NCBI GenBank assembly: GCA_958009085.1
Contig: OY253668.1
Location: 248,001-312,000, forward strand
Origin: Protoeuglena noctilucae
Taxonomy: Eukaryota
Length of the DNA: 64,000 nt
Direction: 5' to 3'
The position numbers were made by a program, and so were the translations under genes. Below the pieces are notes generated by a model that was not told the origin of the DNA, ran no database searches, and was given only the letters and a program-made list of their open reading frames with translations. Shown here one piece after another: positions 48,291 to 59,993 of this stretch. Positions within the stretch are counted from its first letter, which is position 1. The number at the start of each line of letters is the position of its first letter.

Positions 48291-51200
48291 TCAGGCGCGC
48301 GGCTCGACGAGCACCGCCGTGGTCTGCGCGGGCACGGTGAGGGTGCGGGCGGCGGTGTCGACGGCGCACTCGCGCGCGCGCACGTCCCCGCAGTCCGCCA
48401 CGTCGGGGTGCAGGGCCAGGGCGCGCGTCCCGTCCGGCCACGGCAGGGACACGGGCTCCATGAGGGCGTTGATGACCACGAGGACCCGGGAGAAGCGGGG
48501 GCAGAGGGGCGTGCCCAGCATGGGCCCTTCCAGGGCAGTGGAGGTCACCTCCATGGCCAGGACCCCCGGGCGGTCCTCCGCGTGCATTCGGACGTGCGAC
48601 GCGATCAGCGAGGACGAGTGCAGCCGCAGGAGGGGCGTGGACGTGCGGACCCTGGGGGCAAGGGGCGGGGCGCATGTGGGGCTATCGATGCGGCCACTTG
48701 ACCAAGGCAAAGGGTCACGATCGCTGTGTCAGCGACCATCTCGTACGGACCATCTCATATGGAATGCACGAAGAAAGAGAGTCACTTACCTGAGGAGCGT
48801 CAGGAACCAATCCTTGGCCAGGGCGATGTCGTCGCGGGAGGGGCGGAGGCTGGCGTCTTCCAGAAGAGGAGCCATCTGTGGGTGTGAAGTGGCAACTCCA
48901 ATGGCACATACAGGTCTCGACCGCACGCTGTGACGCTTTACACGCGACCACACGCTCCCACATCCTGCAACACGCGCCGCTCCTCGCCCGCTCTCACGAG
49001 AGGGTCGGGTGGGACATGAGAGGGAGAGAACCATAACGTTAGTGCCACCATCTTTCAATATGACTGGCAAGTCGGCCTCACCATTCCCCAGAGGTCTCGG
49101 TTCTTCTCTGCCGGAGGGAGGCCCATGCGACCGAAGTGGTTGGTAGACCCCGACCAGTCAACGCGGTTGAACCAGTCGCCGGAGTTGTAAGAGTCCCGGT
49201 CGAGGCACTTGCTGCGGAGGATTTCGTCCCCGGCGCCAACAAAGGGCACGCCCTGCGCCAGCACCACCATGCTGTGCGCCAGCATGGTCATCCGCACCAG
49301 CGTCCGGCGCGGCGTGCCCATTGGCGCCTTGAACACGATCAAGTCCCACAGCGTCCGGTTGTCGTGGCACGCCACGTAGTTGATCGACTGCGGGCGGCGG
49401 GCGGAGGGCGCAACGACGATCAGCGGGTCTCGCCCTGACCGTGCATCGGCGCGGCTGCCCCGGCGTCCAATAAAGCACAGCACAATCTGCTCTGCAAACA
49501 CTCGATCCCCGCATCATTCATTCTCCCGCACGCCAAACAGCATCCGGCCCAGCCCTCGGACCACGCATCGCTCGCTCCGCTCACCTCCGCCGGCTCCTCC
49601 GCGAAGGCCACCAGCGTCCCATCTGGGAAGCGGAACTCGTCGCCACGGATCTCCCCGCCCCCGCCGCACCGCCGGGCCCGGGCCGCCCGCACGGTCCCAG
49701 CCATGCAGAGCTTGAGCACGTCGGTCTGGTGGCCCAGCTCGCGCCACTGCTCCTCCACCGTGCCCTGCGCCAGGCCCTTGTCGGAACGAGGGAGGTAGCC
49801 CAGCCCAGACACGAAGCCCTGGGCACGCGGGTCCGAGAACGGCCCACCGCCCAGCGTCTTGTCGCGTATCCTGCGAAAGGAGTCAGTTGGGCTCAGGAAC
49901 AGCGCAGCAGGGTCCGCGACAGCACTCAAACGGCAACGTCCCATTTGCGCATGTCTTACGGCTCTGCCCCTTTTGCATTCGTTCGGCCGCACCTGTCGTT
50001 GAAGGACCCGATGCCGCACCCGGTGAGGTTGCCGGCGTGGGCGTTGACGCAGCGGGCGTTGTTCACCATCTCCGCGAAGTTCCAGCCCTCCCCGTACATG
50101 TAGATGCGCGACCCGTCCACGCCGTCCTGCAGCACACGTCGCAGCGAAGGCGTCATCAGATCACCAGCATGAGCCAGCATGAGAAAGACGGATCAAATGC
50201 CGCTGCCCGGCTGCAGCTGCGCCCCTCGCCTTGCTGACGGTGAGCTGGGCCAGTCGCCGCTTGGCCTCCATCATGAGGGACTTGGGGAGGTGTCCCATGA
50301 TGTCGAAACGCAGGCCGTCGACGCGGTAGTGGCACACCCAGTGGAGGATGTCGTCGAGGACCAGCCGGGCCATCATGCGGTGCTCCGTTGCCGTGTTGTT
50401 GCAGCACGTCGAGTCCAGCACACGGCCCTCCTCGGACAGGCGGTGGTAGTACCCAGGGACGAGCTTGTCGAGGACCGAGTAGCGGGAGTGGGGCCCCGAA
50501 GCGTACGTGTGGTTGTACACCACGTCAATGACCACGTTCAGGCCGACCTGAGAGCGACGGTGACGGCGACGGGGTTAGTCATCGCAGGCAACCAAGCTGC
50601 GGGCCAGGCAGCCGGTGTCGTGGTTGGAGGATCAACTGTGGTGACACACCCACTTGGCAGCCAAAGCATCGACCCTGCCCTGCGCCGGACCCGTCGCGGC
50701 GGCCTCCGACGCTCTCAGCCGGCCCCTCTCACCTTGTGCAGGGCCTCCACCATGGCCCTGGCCTCGACAATGCGCGCCACGCCGTCCGGGTCCGTGGCGT
50801 AGGAACCCTCCGGCGCCATGTAATGCACGGGGTCGTAGCCCCAGTTGTACGAGTCGACAGCGGCCACCTCCGCCAGCCGCGCCTGGGGCACCTGGGAGGT
50901 CGGCGCGACCCCTGCGGCCTCGAGCGACGCGGCGTCGACGTCCCGGCGGTTGGTCTCCCTCTCGGGCACCGTCGCGAAGTCGTAGATGGGAAGGAGGTGG
51001 AGGTGCGTGACGCCGGCGGCGTGGAGGTCGCGGAGGTGGCGCGACCCCGCCGTGTCTGCGGAACGAGGAACAAACGACGACACAATTGCGTACAGAGAGC
51101 GACCGCGCAGATGCGGGTAGCACGAGCGATGAGCGACGCCGGGGCACGGCGAGCGGCAGGCCGAGCAGCGAGACGCCGCGCACCGGGGAGGGTGAAGGCG

Positions 51201-52975
51201 AGGAACTTGCCCCGCGCGTCCTCGGGGACCGTCGGGTCGGTGGCCGAGAAATCGCGGACGTGCAGCTCGTAGATGACGGCGTCCGTGGGCCGGTCGACGG
51301 CGCGGGGCTCCGACTCGCCCCACCCCTGGGGCGTCAGGTCCGGGTCCCGCATGTCCTGGTGGACCACCAGGGACCGCTCCCCGTCCGCCGAGCACGCCCG
51401 GGCGTACGGGTCGGTCGTCACCATGTCCTCCACGGCGCCCGTCGCGGGGTGGTACGCCCGCACCTCGAACTGGTAATACGCGCGGTCCCAGGACCCGCGA
51501 CCCTCGGCGGGGCCCCTCGCGTGCCACGCGCCCTTGGCCCCCGGCTGCATGGGCGCGGCGTGGAAGGGCTCGGGGTCCCGGGGCCCCCGGAAGAGGAGGA
51601 TGCGCACGGACAGGGCCGTGGGGGCCCAGACGGAGATGGTGACGTGGTTGGTGGCGCGGTCCACAAACGCGCCCAGGTGGCCGTCATAGGCGCAGAGGGC
51701 GTCAAGGGCGCCGGGGAGCTGCACGCCCGTGGAGCGGACGAGGGCGCCGGAGGAGTCGACGGCGGACAGGGCCACCTGCCCCTGCAACATCCCCCGGAGC
51801 AGCGCGGGGCTGGCGGAGGCCGGCAGCCGCAGCGCCAGGCAGCCCGAGAGGTAGGGCCGGGACGCGCGCGTGGCGGCGGGGAGGTCGGCCCACGTGCCGA
51901 CCACCTCGAGATCGAGAGTTGCGGCGGACGGGTCGGTGCCGGAGCCCTCGTCTCCGCGAGACTTCCTCGCCTCGGTCGGCGCGACGTCCGACGACTCGGT
52001 GGAAGCCACCGACCGCCGGCCCTTCGTCCGCACCGAGTCAAAAAGGCTCACGGCGTACGCGGACGGCGTGCTGGGGCTCTGCTCCGTCCAGGAGGCCCGG
52101 ACGGTGTCCTCCTGAGTGCAGGGCGAGCGAGGGAGGGTCGCAGGGGCGGAGAGGAGCGCCAAGCGTCAGAGAGGACGTGTGATCAGCGGGGTGGCAGGAA
52201 GCCTGACTTCTGTCGACGCACCTCCGGCGCGAGGCCGGCCGGGATCGGCCGCTCTCGCGAGACCAGGCCGGATCGGGTCGGGCGCAGCGTCGCCGTGGGG
52301 CTCGCGTGGAGGAAGAAGCGGAGGGGAAGGCCGCTCTCGTCCGTGTCCATCGCACGCAGAAGAACATGCTCCGCGTCTACCCAGTGCGCGCAGTGCGCGC
52401 TGAGGTCGAAGCGGGGGTCGTTCGCGAGCTCGTCATCGGTTACGGTCCCTGCGTTGCCATGGGGGAGTCGGCGGCGGAGTCATGAACCCCGAGACAGCCT
52501 TTCATTATGTCATTGTCGTTTCGGAGACCGGGGAGCCACCGCGCGCGAGCGTGCCGTCCGTTCCACCCCCAACAGCCTGCCCACCCCAGCCGTCAATTTG
52601 CTCACCTCCGTCCACCCAGACGCCCTTTGCGGATCCCTTGGCGTCCTTGTCTTCGATGGACGCTCCGCACGTGACACCGAGCTGAAGCGTAGGCGCGCTG
52701 GCTGCCCCGTACGGCGAGCGCACCAGGCCGCCCACAAAACGCCTCGCCGGCGTCGTTGTCACGGCCGACGCAGCATCTGCGGGATGAAGTAGGTCTCAAC
52801 CTCGCATCGGGGCGATCATGCGGCGCATTAAGGATTCCCTGCAAATGTTTCTCCTTTATTTCGGGCTGAACGGATAAGCGGAGCGATCGGGGCTATGGTA
52901 TGGCCGTCCTTACTTTTTCAGACACTTGCGTGGCCAACGCGCGTCCTCACCTGCTCTGAGGGCGACCGGCCTCAT
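48291..52975 (-). CDS. PU1: Pullulanase / limit dextrinase (GH13_13), plastid; start inferred at 52975
   Basis: [99 protein letters not shown]. Confidence 0.95.
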
Positions 52976-53278
52976 CCGTTCTGCCGAATTCTCCGTCCCT
53001 GCCCCTTGTCAGGGCCAAACTCCACCTCGTGTCTTTCGATATTCCCGCAGATACACGACAGGATGGATCTGCTGCCCCGCCAGCCGCTTCGGCTTGGCTC
53101 AAGAGACCCTGGTCAGACACGTGTCGCTGACACATCGGTTTGGGGAGCTTTGAGGGCCGCCAACCAACTGCAGACATATCCGAGAGACCAATTGCATCGC
53201 CCGCTGGAAGTGCTTCGTTTCGGTCAAGGAGGCTGGGCTTTTTTGACGGGGCCTGGGCTGGGCAGGCCCCACGAAGTC

Positions 53279-55190
53279 ATGTACCGCCCTCAGCTGGACC
53301 CACAGGTGCACGTCAAGTGGTCGGGGGCAGCGCTGACCGCCCGTTCGGGCTTCCCTGCGCAAAAGCACGTTTTCTTTGCTGCCCCGCAGGAGGCCCTGCG
53401 GCTGACGATCGAGTCGGCCATCGTCCTCGTGCTGGGAGCGCCTTCAGGGACCGCATTTGGGATCGACCAGCACGCGTTCGCCGTGGGAGACCGCTTCCGA
53501 GGTGCGGACCAGACGGCTGCGCGAACTCTTTGGGTTTCATCCCAAAAGCGGCTTCCCTCATGCGAATCCTTTGGTCCAACTGGTCCCAGGAGTGAAGATG
53601 ATTCCGCCGGGCCCACATTTCGTCTCGGCTCGCGCGGGTTCTCCCGACGGCGGAGGGTTGGCGACCATGTCCGGGGAATTCGTCTGGCTGGCCCCGCGCC
53701 AGGTCAGCGTCGCCTCCTCTAGCGTTGACTCTGCACGCAAGGTCCCCTGATGTGCGGTCGTGTAACCTCCGCGGTCGTCCCGGACATCGCTGGGGACTCC
53801 CTTCCGTCCCGCGCAGGTCTTGGTCCGCCGCTGGGACCCCGAGGCGGAGCAACTGGCCGCGATGGACGACGAGGACGAAGAAGAACGCTACGCCGCGGGG
53901 GCCAGGTCGATGGACTTCGATCGGGTGAGTGGGGGCCAGGAACATAGGGTCACGTTGATGAGCCACCAGTGTGCATCCGAAGCCCTTGCTCTTGTGCCCT
54001 GGTTCCGCAGGGCCTTGCGCCCTACGATTTGGAAGGCCACGCGCACTGGAGGGCGCTCACGGGGTTCATCACGCAGGCGACGCTCTCCCGGGTGTCCCCC
54101 GTGGGCCGCCTCATTGGAACGGATGACCGGATGGGAGGGGCCGACGAGGGTCCCCAGGTTAGTTTTCAGTTCCACTGACCGGTACATGCGCAGGTCGGCG
54201 AGGCGTGGGCACGTGCGAGTGCCTGAGCACGTCCCTCACGGTTGCGTACGCAGACGGCAGCAGAGCGGAGACTGGAGGAGCACCTGGAGGCGGGCAGACG
54301 GCTGCGTGGTGACCCTGAGGGATCCGAGGGCGGCCCTGCAGCCGACGGGGGCTTGGACGTCACGATTGTGAACCCAGAGCGCAGCACGGGGCACTCGGGC
54401 AGCGGGCCTGCGGGGGACGCGGAGATGGCGGATGCGGAGCCTGGACCATCCGAGGCGACAGCGGCGGGACCGCTCGAAAGGAGAGACGAGGCATCGGCTG
54501 GTGGGGCAGCCGCCATGCGCGGGGGCCGGTGCTCCTACGTGACCATCCCCCGGCTGGTCAAGGAGCGCGGCGCCGACCCAAAGAGGCTCACGGCGATCAA
54601 CATGGACCGCTCTGGGCTGCTGGAGGGGCTGGTGGCAGGGCCCCTGCAAGGCTGCGGGGAGGAGCTGCTGGGCGAGATGCAGCATGCCTTCGTCGCGCTG
54701 GTGATGGGGCAGTCGCTGCAGGGGCTGCGGCACTGGCGCGCGGTGGTAGACTTGCTTCTACACGCGGACGCCGCCATGCTGGGGCCCCACAGCAGTCTCG
54801 TGGCGGCGGGGCTGCGGGCTCTGGCCGCGCAGCTGGCCTTCATGGGGGGCGCAACGGGGGCGGATGCGCTCCTGGGCGAAGGCTTTCTCGAGGACGTGAT
54901 TCAGGGATCGTTCCTTAGGTGAGTGGCAGCTTGGTGAGGTGCGCTAGAGTGAGAACAACCGTGTGTGGCGCAATGGGTGGAGTCGTCGCGTGCGCAGGGA
55001 GGGACTGGCGGGGCTCTTCGAGGTGCTGGCGGAGGAGGGCGCCGCAGCGCCCCTGTTGCTGCGACAAGCGGCCGACGAGCTTCGGCAGGCCGTGAAGCGG
55101 CACCTGGGGTGGGACGTGAGCGTGGAGGAGCTCGGAGGGGGCGAGGACGGGCCCGTGTTCGTGGACCCAGCTGAGCTCGGTTATGCATGA
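53279..55190 (+). CDS. AAR2: U5 snRNP assembly factor AAR2
   Basis: [35 protein letters not shown]; LAPYD...WRALTGFIT; LTAINMDRS; LLGEMQHAFVALVMGQSLQGLRHW; EDGPVFV. Confidence 0.93.
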
Positions 55191-55222
55191 GCACTGCCAT
55201 TGAATGAACACGTGTCTTCCCT

Positions 55223-56824
55223 TCAAGGGGTGGTTGTGTCGGCACAACCGTCTCCCATAACAGCCTCTGCTCGCGACAGCAGTTGGACGGCCCGTGAGAG
55301 CGTCTGCTTGAGTTGCATGCGGTACCGGCAAGCCTCTGCGTGTGCGGGTTGACACCGCAAAGCTCGGTGATGAGTATGACAGACGACCAACCGCGTTGAC
55401 AGGCTCTGCCCTCACCAGCCACGCACCGCTGGGCGTGCCCCTGCAGTCCTCCCCGGGCCGCCCCAGCGAGTGCTTCTGCAAGACGAGCCTCGTCCTCAGG
55501 TACTGTCGTGGGGAACGTGGCTAGGGTCTGCCCCGCCAGGTCTCGGAGCCACGCCGCGGCCAGGCGGTCCACTTGCGGCGTCGTCGGCCTCCCGACCCGG
55601 ATCGACTGCGTGGGGTGCACGGAAGCGAGGGTGTCGATGAGCGCCCACAAACTGCAGGCGCTCTGATCGTGGGTGATGCAATCACAGCAACACCTCACCC
55701 CGGCGTTGCGGCGCAGAGCGGCGGGCGGCTGCGTCAGGAAGCGGGCCCACTGAGTCAGGGCGAAGCTGGGCTCCCCCGTGGCGTGGAAGTTACACTCCTT
55801 TTCCGGCAGCTCGTCTGTATAGGCCCGCGCCGCCTGACTCAGACCCTGGGCCAGGAGGGCGCGAGGGGGGCGCACGCGGTCGTGCGGGTTGGCCGGCAGC
55901 ACGAAGCCGTAGTGCTGGAGGAGGTCGAGCGAGGAGTGGTCCCCATAGCACAAGCACACCTCCTGGCCAGCAGCAACACCCCTGGGTCCCGCCAGCAGGG
56001 TGTATGCCCGTGTATCGGGACAGTACCGTCCGGTGCCCGGCCCGCGACCCTCAGCGTCCTCTCCAGATCCCTGGTGTGCCTGCGTCACAGGGACTCCCAG
56101 GGCAAGCCAGAGGTCCCCGGTGAATGGCCCCTCTCCCGGTGCGTGGTTGTGGAGATCGCCAAACGGGGTCAGCGCCCCAATGTCGTCCCAAGGTACGGCC
56201 ATGGTGCGGGAGCGTATGGTGGCCATCGCCCACGTCCACGCCGGCAGCGCCTGCAGTCGGGCCGGGAGGCCCAGCTCCGGTGCTGCGAGCGCCGGACGCG
56301 CCTCCTCCCATGACTCTCCAGCAACTTCGATCTCTGCACGTGCCACCGCGATGGCTTTAGGTTCCTGGAGCTCCGGCACGGCCTCGGCGGGGAAGCACGC
56401 GAGCGTCGTGTAGGTGCGAGGCAGGCTGCGGAGGTAGGGTACCCAGCGAGAGGCGTCGCCGCGGGAGACCTCGGTCAGGAGGTGCAGGGCGAGGATGGAT
56501 GAGTCGGGGAGGGGCTGTCCTCGGCAGCGGCCCAGCGCTGCGAGAAGAGCCGCATCCTCCCGCGCGCTCTTTGTCGAAAAAAGCGACGCCTCCGGAGCCT
56601 GCAGGGGCGATTGGTGCACCGGGTGTTCGCGGCGGGGCGCCTGGCCAGGCTGGCATCCCTTTCGCGCAGCGCACCGAGAAGAAGACCTCGTTTGCCGCGA
56701 TGTCCTGAGTGGTAAAGACCCCTCGCTCGCCGTAGCTCGTGATTCCCACAGCGAGCTTCTCGAATCGGATGCCCTGCGCTTTGCACCAGTCCTCGAAAGG
56801 CGTGCTGGTCGGCACCTGCGCCAT
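55223..56824 (-). CDS. SET-domain lysine methyltransferase (Rubisco LSMT / SETD4 / SDG40-like)
   Basis: ERGVFTTQDI; LALHLLTEVSRGDASRWVPYLRSLP; WAMATIRSRT; LTPFGDLHNH; GQEVCLCYG...LLQHYGFVL; LSMT substrate-binding tail FPTTVPEDE...YRMQLKQTL. Confidence 0.9.
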
Positions 56825-57182
56825 GCGTCGCTAGCCGGGATGCCGGATAGCTCACCGACGGTCACCACATGCATCGCATATCAATGGAGAGCCCATGGAC
56901 TGCCCAGAGTGCCAAGGACGTGCCCGCAGTTGCCGTCAGACGTACGAACCGTCAGAGGGAGTCGGCTGGCTCTCCTTGGCCGAGCCGTCCGCTGCGCGCC
57001 ATTCGTCTCAGCGCGACAAAGACGCGTTCAATTCCGCGTCACGGCGATAAACGGACACGAGGGCTTGTGAGCGGCGCGCAGGTTAGGGTCCGGCCCTCCA
57101 GACGACTCCTGCATCATCGGGTGGCGATTTCTTCCTCCCAGCTACGTCGTCATCACAAAGATATCGCCTCGTGTCACTCGCG

Positions 57183-59562
57183 ATGATGAACCGGGGCCAC
57201 AGCGCGACCATGCGCTGCAGCGCAGCGATTGTGGGCGTGCTGGTAGGGCTCCTGGCCCCCGCGCTCGTCTTCGGGGAGATGGACCAAGTGGTCGAGGTCC
57301 ATGGATCTGGTTCTCAAACGATGGGGCCATACGTGGCGCAGGCGAGCTGCTGCGCGGCGCGGGGCCGCAGCACCCTGCACTCGCGGCGAACCACGTCGCT
57401 GCACCCGTGAGCGCCACGCTGCAGGCCTAAAGTCTGCGCGATGCAATGCAGGTACTTGATCTCTTCCGGCTATCGAGCATCCACCCCATCCACCTCACCT
57501 ACCGCGCGGTGGGCAGCGAGCAGGGCCAGGCGGAGTTCATCGGTGATGCGAGCTCCGCACACTCGTCCTACACGAACTTCTCCCTGGCAGGACTGCCATT
57601 CTCCTCGTCCGAACACGCGGCGATGCAGTCGGTATATCAGCGGACGTTCCTCCAGATCCCTGTCGCGCTCTCCGCCGTGTCCGTCTTCCACTCGGTGCCG
57701 CCCCAGAACTTGCCGTCGGTAAGTGCGCGCATCAAAGACCACGATGATGACGAGCGACAATGGAGCAGAGACTCTGTCGATTCGGCGGCGCAACAGCCTA
57801 GCCCAGGACCCTTGAGGACGCACGTGGCTGCAGGAGGGGACGATTAACCTGGACGCATGCACGCTCGCCAAGATCTACATGGGTCAGATCAGCACGTGGG
57901 ATCACAGCGACATCGCCAAGCTCAACCCCGGCCTGCGTGTGCCCCACGGCATGTCCATGAAGGCCCTCGTCGACACGACAGGCAAGCAACCAAGCACCAT
58001 ACCCGACTCCCGCAAGGGAGCGCAGGCCGGCCGCGTATCATAGCTCAGCCCCTGAGCGTGCCTGGCTTCCCCAGGGTCCGCGAGCACCTACGCCCTGTCC
58101 GCCTACCTGGACACCGCCTGCCCATCGATCTGGACCCTCGGGGTCGGCACCACGGTGGCCTGGCCGGGCGTCGCGAGTGTCATCCAGGCCGGCGGCTCTG
58201 GCGACATCTCCCTGGCGCTGGACACGAACGACTGGGTGCTGGGGTACATGGTGTCCAATGTGGGGGACGACAACGGCCTCAACGAGGCCCTCATCCAGGT
58301 GACAAGGCAGCTGCCTGGCACGATGACGCGCCAGGCACACCGCGCGCCCCTCTGCTCTCACCTCCTTCGCCGTACCCCCGCAGAACGCCAGTGGCGCGTT
58401 CCTCTCCGCCGGCCCCGACGGCGTGGCCCAGGCTGCCGCGACGCTGGCCTCGCTGTACCCCACGGACCCGACGGGAGACTGGTCCACCGCGACGGCCATC
58501 AACCAGCCGGGGAAAACGGCTTGGCCCATGACGCTGGTGCAGTACGCCTACGTCGATAAGGACTTGACGACGGACACCCAGTCCTTCAACACCGCCAACG
58601 GCGACGGGGGGTCCCTCATCAAGACCCTCCTCACGTATTTCCTCACAGACGGGGGCCAGTCCGCCCTCCCAGCCTTCGGCCTGGTCCCTCTCCCCATTGA
58701 CGCCCTCGCCAAGTCCCAGGTACCACCAGCGCCCAGCTGCATTCGAGACCGTCGTCTGTCCTAACCCCCTTTCGCTTTTCAGAAAGGGTCGGCCCAGCAC
58801 TGCATTACCCCACCTCATTGACCGCCCCTAATACGTCTGACCCCAGGACGCGCTGTCTGCCCTGGTCGTGGCCAAGTCGCAACTCTACTGGGTGTTTGAG
58901 TCGGAGCTGAAGGGCACCGACATCAACCCCGCCGCCGCCGCCCTCTCCTCCAACACGGTCGACTGGACGTCGGGGCAGCTCACGAGCCTCGCTGCGGCGG
59001 ATGACGTCTTCCAAGCAGAGGCGAGGGGCGGCACAGCGCAGTGCCCGTGGCGATGCCTGGCTATCAGCAACTCGGGGCTTTATAGTTACAGTCGTGGCTG
59101 GGGACTTGTGCGATTGGATGTCGCGGGTTGGCAGGGAAACCCGGCCAACATGCTCCGCCCCTCTCCGGCTCGCAGATTGACGCCCTGAGCACCCTGCTCT
59201 CCAGCACGCGCCACGACCTCTCCAAGACGCGTCAGCTCGCGACGGCGGCGCTGGCCCTGGCCGTCATTCAATTGGCGGGGCTCCTGGTGGTGGCCCTGGT
59301 GGCATGCATCCGCATGTGCGTCCGCAGGCGCAAGGAGAAGGCCTACAACGGCGAGGTCCCGCCCAACTTCCGCAGCGCGGAGCTCTCCGTCAGCAGCGTT
59401 CCGACGCCGCAGCGGCCCCTCCCAGGCGCGGGGGGTGTTGGGAAGGGCTCGGATGGCGCTGACGCCATCAACGGGGGGTCCTCCTTCTACTCGCACCAAT
59501 ACCAGCCCGAGTTCATGCGGGGCCACGCGAATGGGAACGGCAACGGCAACGTTCCTGTGTGA
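57183..59562 (+). CDS. PstS-fold (periplasmic phosphate-binding-like) protein with signal peptide and C-terminal transmembrane helix
   Basis: VEVHGSGSQT; LTYRAVGSEQG; LQIPVALSAVSVFHSVP; INLDACTLAKIYMGQISTWDHSDIAKLNP; LGYM; INQPGKTAWPM; transmembrane segment ALALAVIQLAGLLVVALVACI followed by RRRK. Confidence 0.88.
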
Positions 59563-59993
59563 CGGCCTGAGCGCCATAGCCGGAGGTGGCTGGTGCCTTG
59601 GGCAGTGACGCGTGGCCTGCTGGCTCTCACCATTTGCACCTGCGCCTATCCCAGCCCCGCTCTGCCTACTACGCGGCCCTTGCAGCAACCCTAGCCGCTC
59701 GCCGCCCCACCTGCTGCAGACGGCTCCCAAGAGCATCTGCCCGGACACTATTTACTTGCCGCTTTGCCACTCGGCACTGCTGCCATCGCTGCGCAGCTCG
59801 ATGAGAGTCCTTTAAAAGTCTTTGCTAATAACAGCTAAGTCTAGTCATGCGTATGGGATCCTGAAGAAAGACACGACAACGCGTCACGTGGGCGTGGGTG
59901 CAGAGCTGCAGAGCGTGACGACAGGGCGACGGCGAAACACGCAGGGCCTTGCGGGGAGCGACTGACGCAGCACGTAGCAACGGGCGCCGATCC

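Noticed and set aside
51086..52792. 568-aa ORF on + strand
   Set aside because: It is the antisense shadow of GC3-rich pullulanase exons; Arg/Gly/Ala-rich with no motifs.
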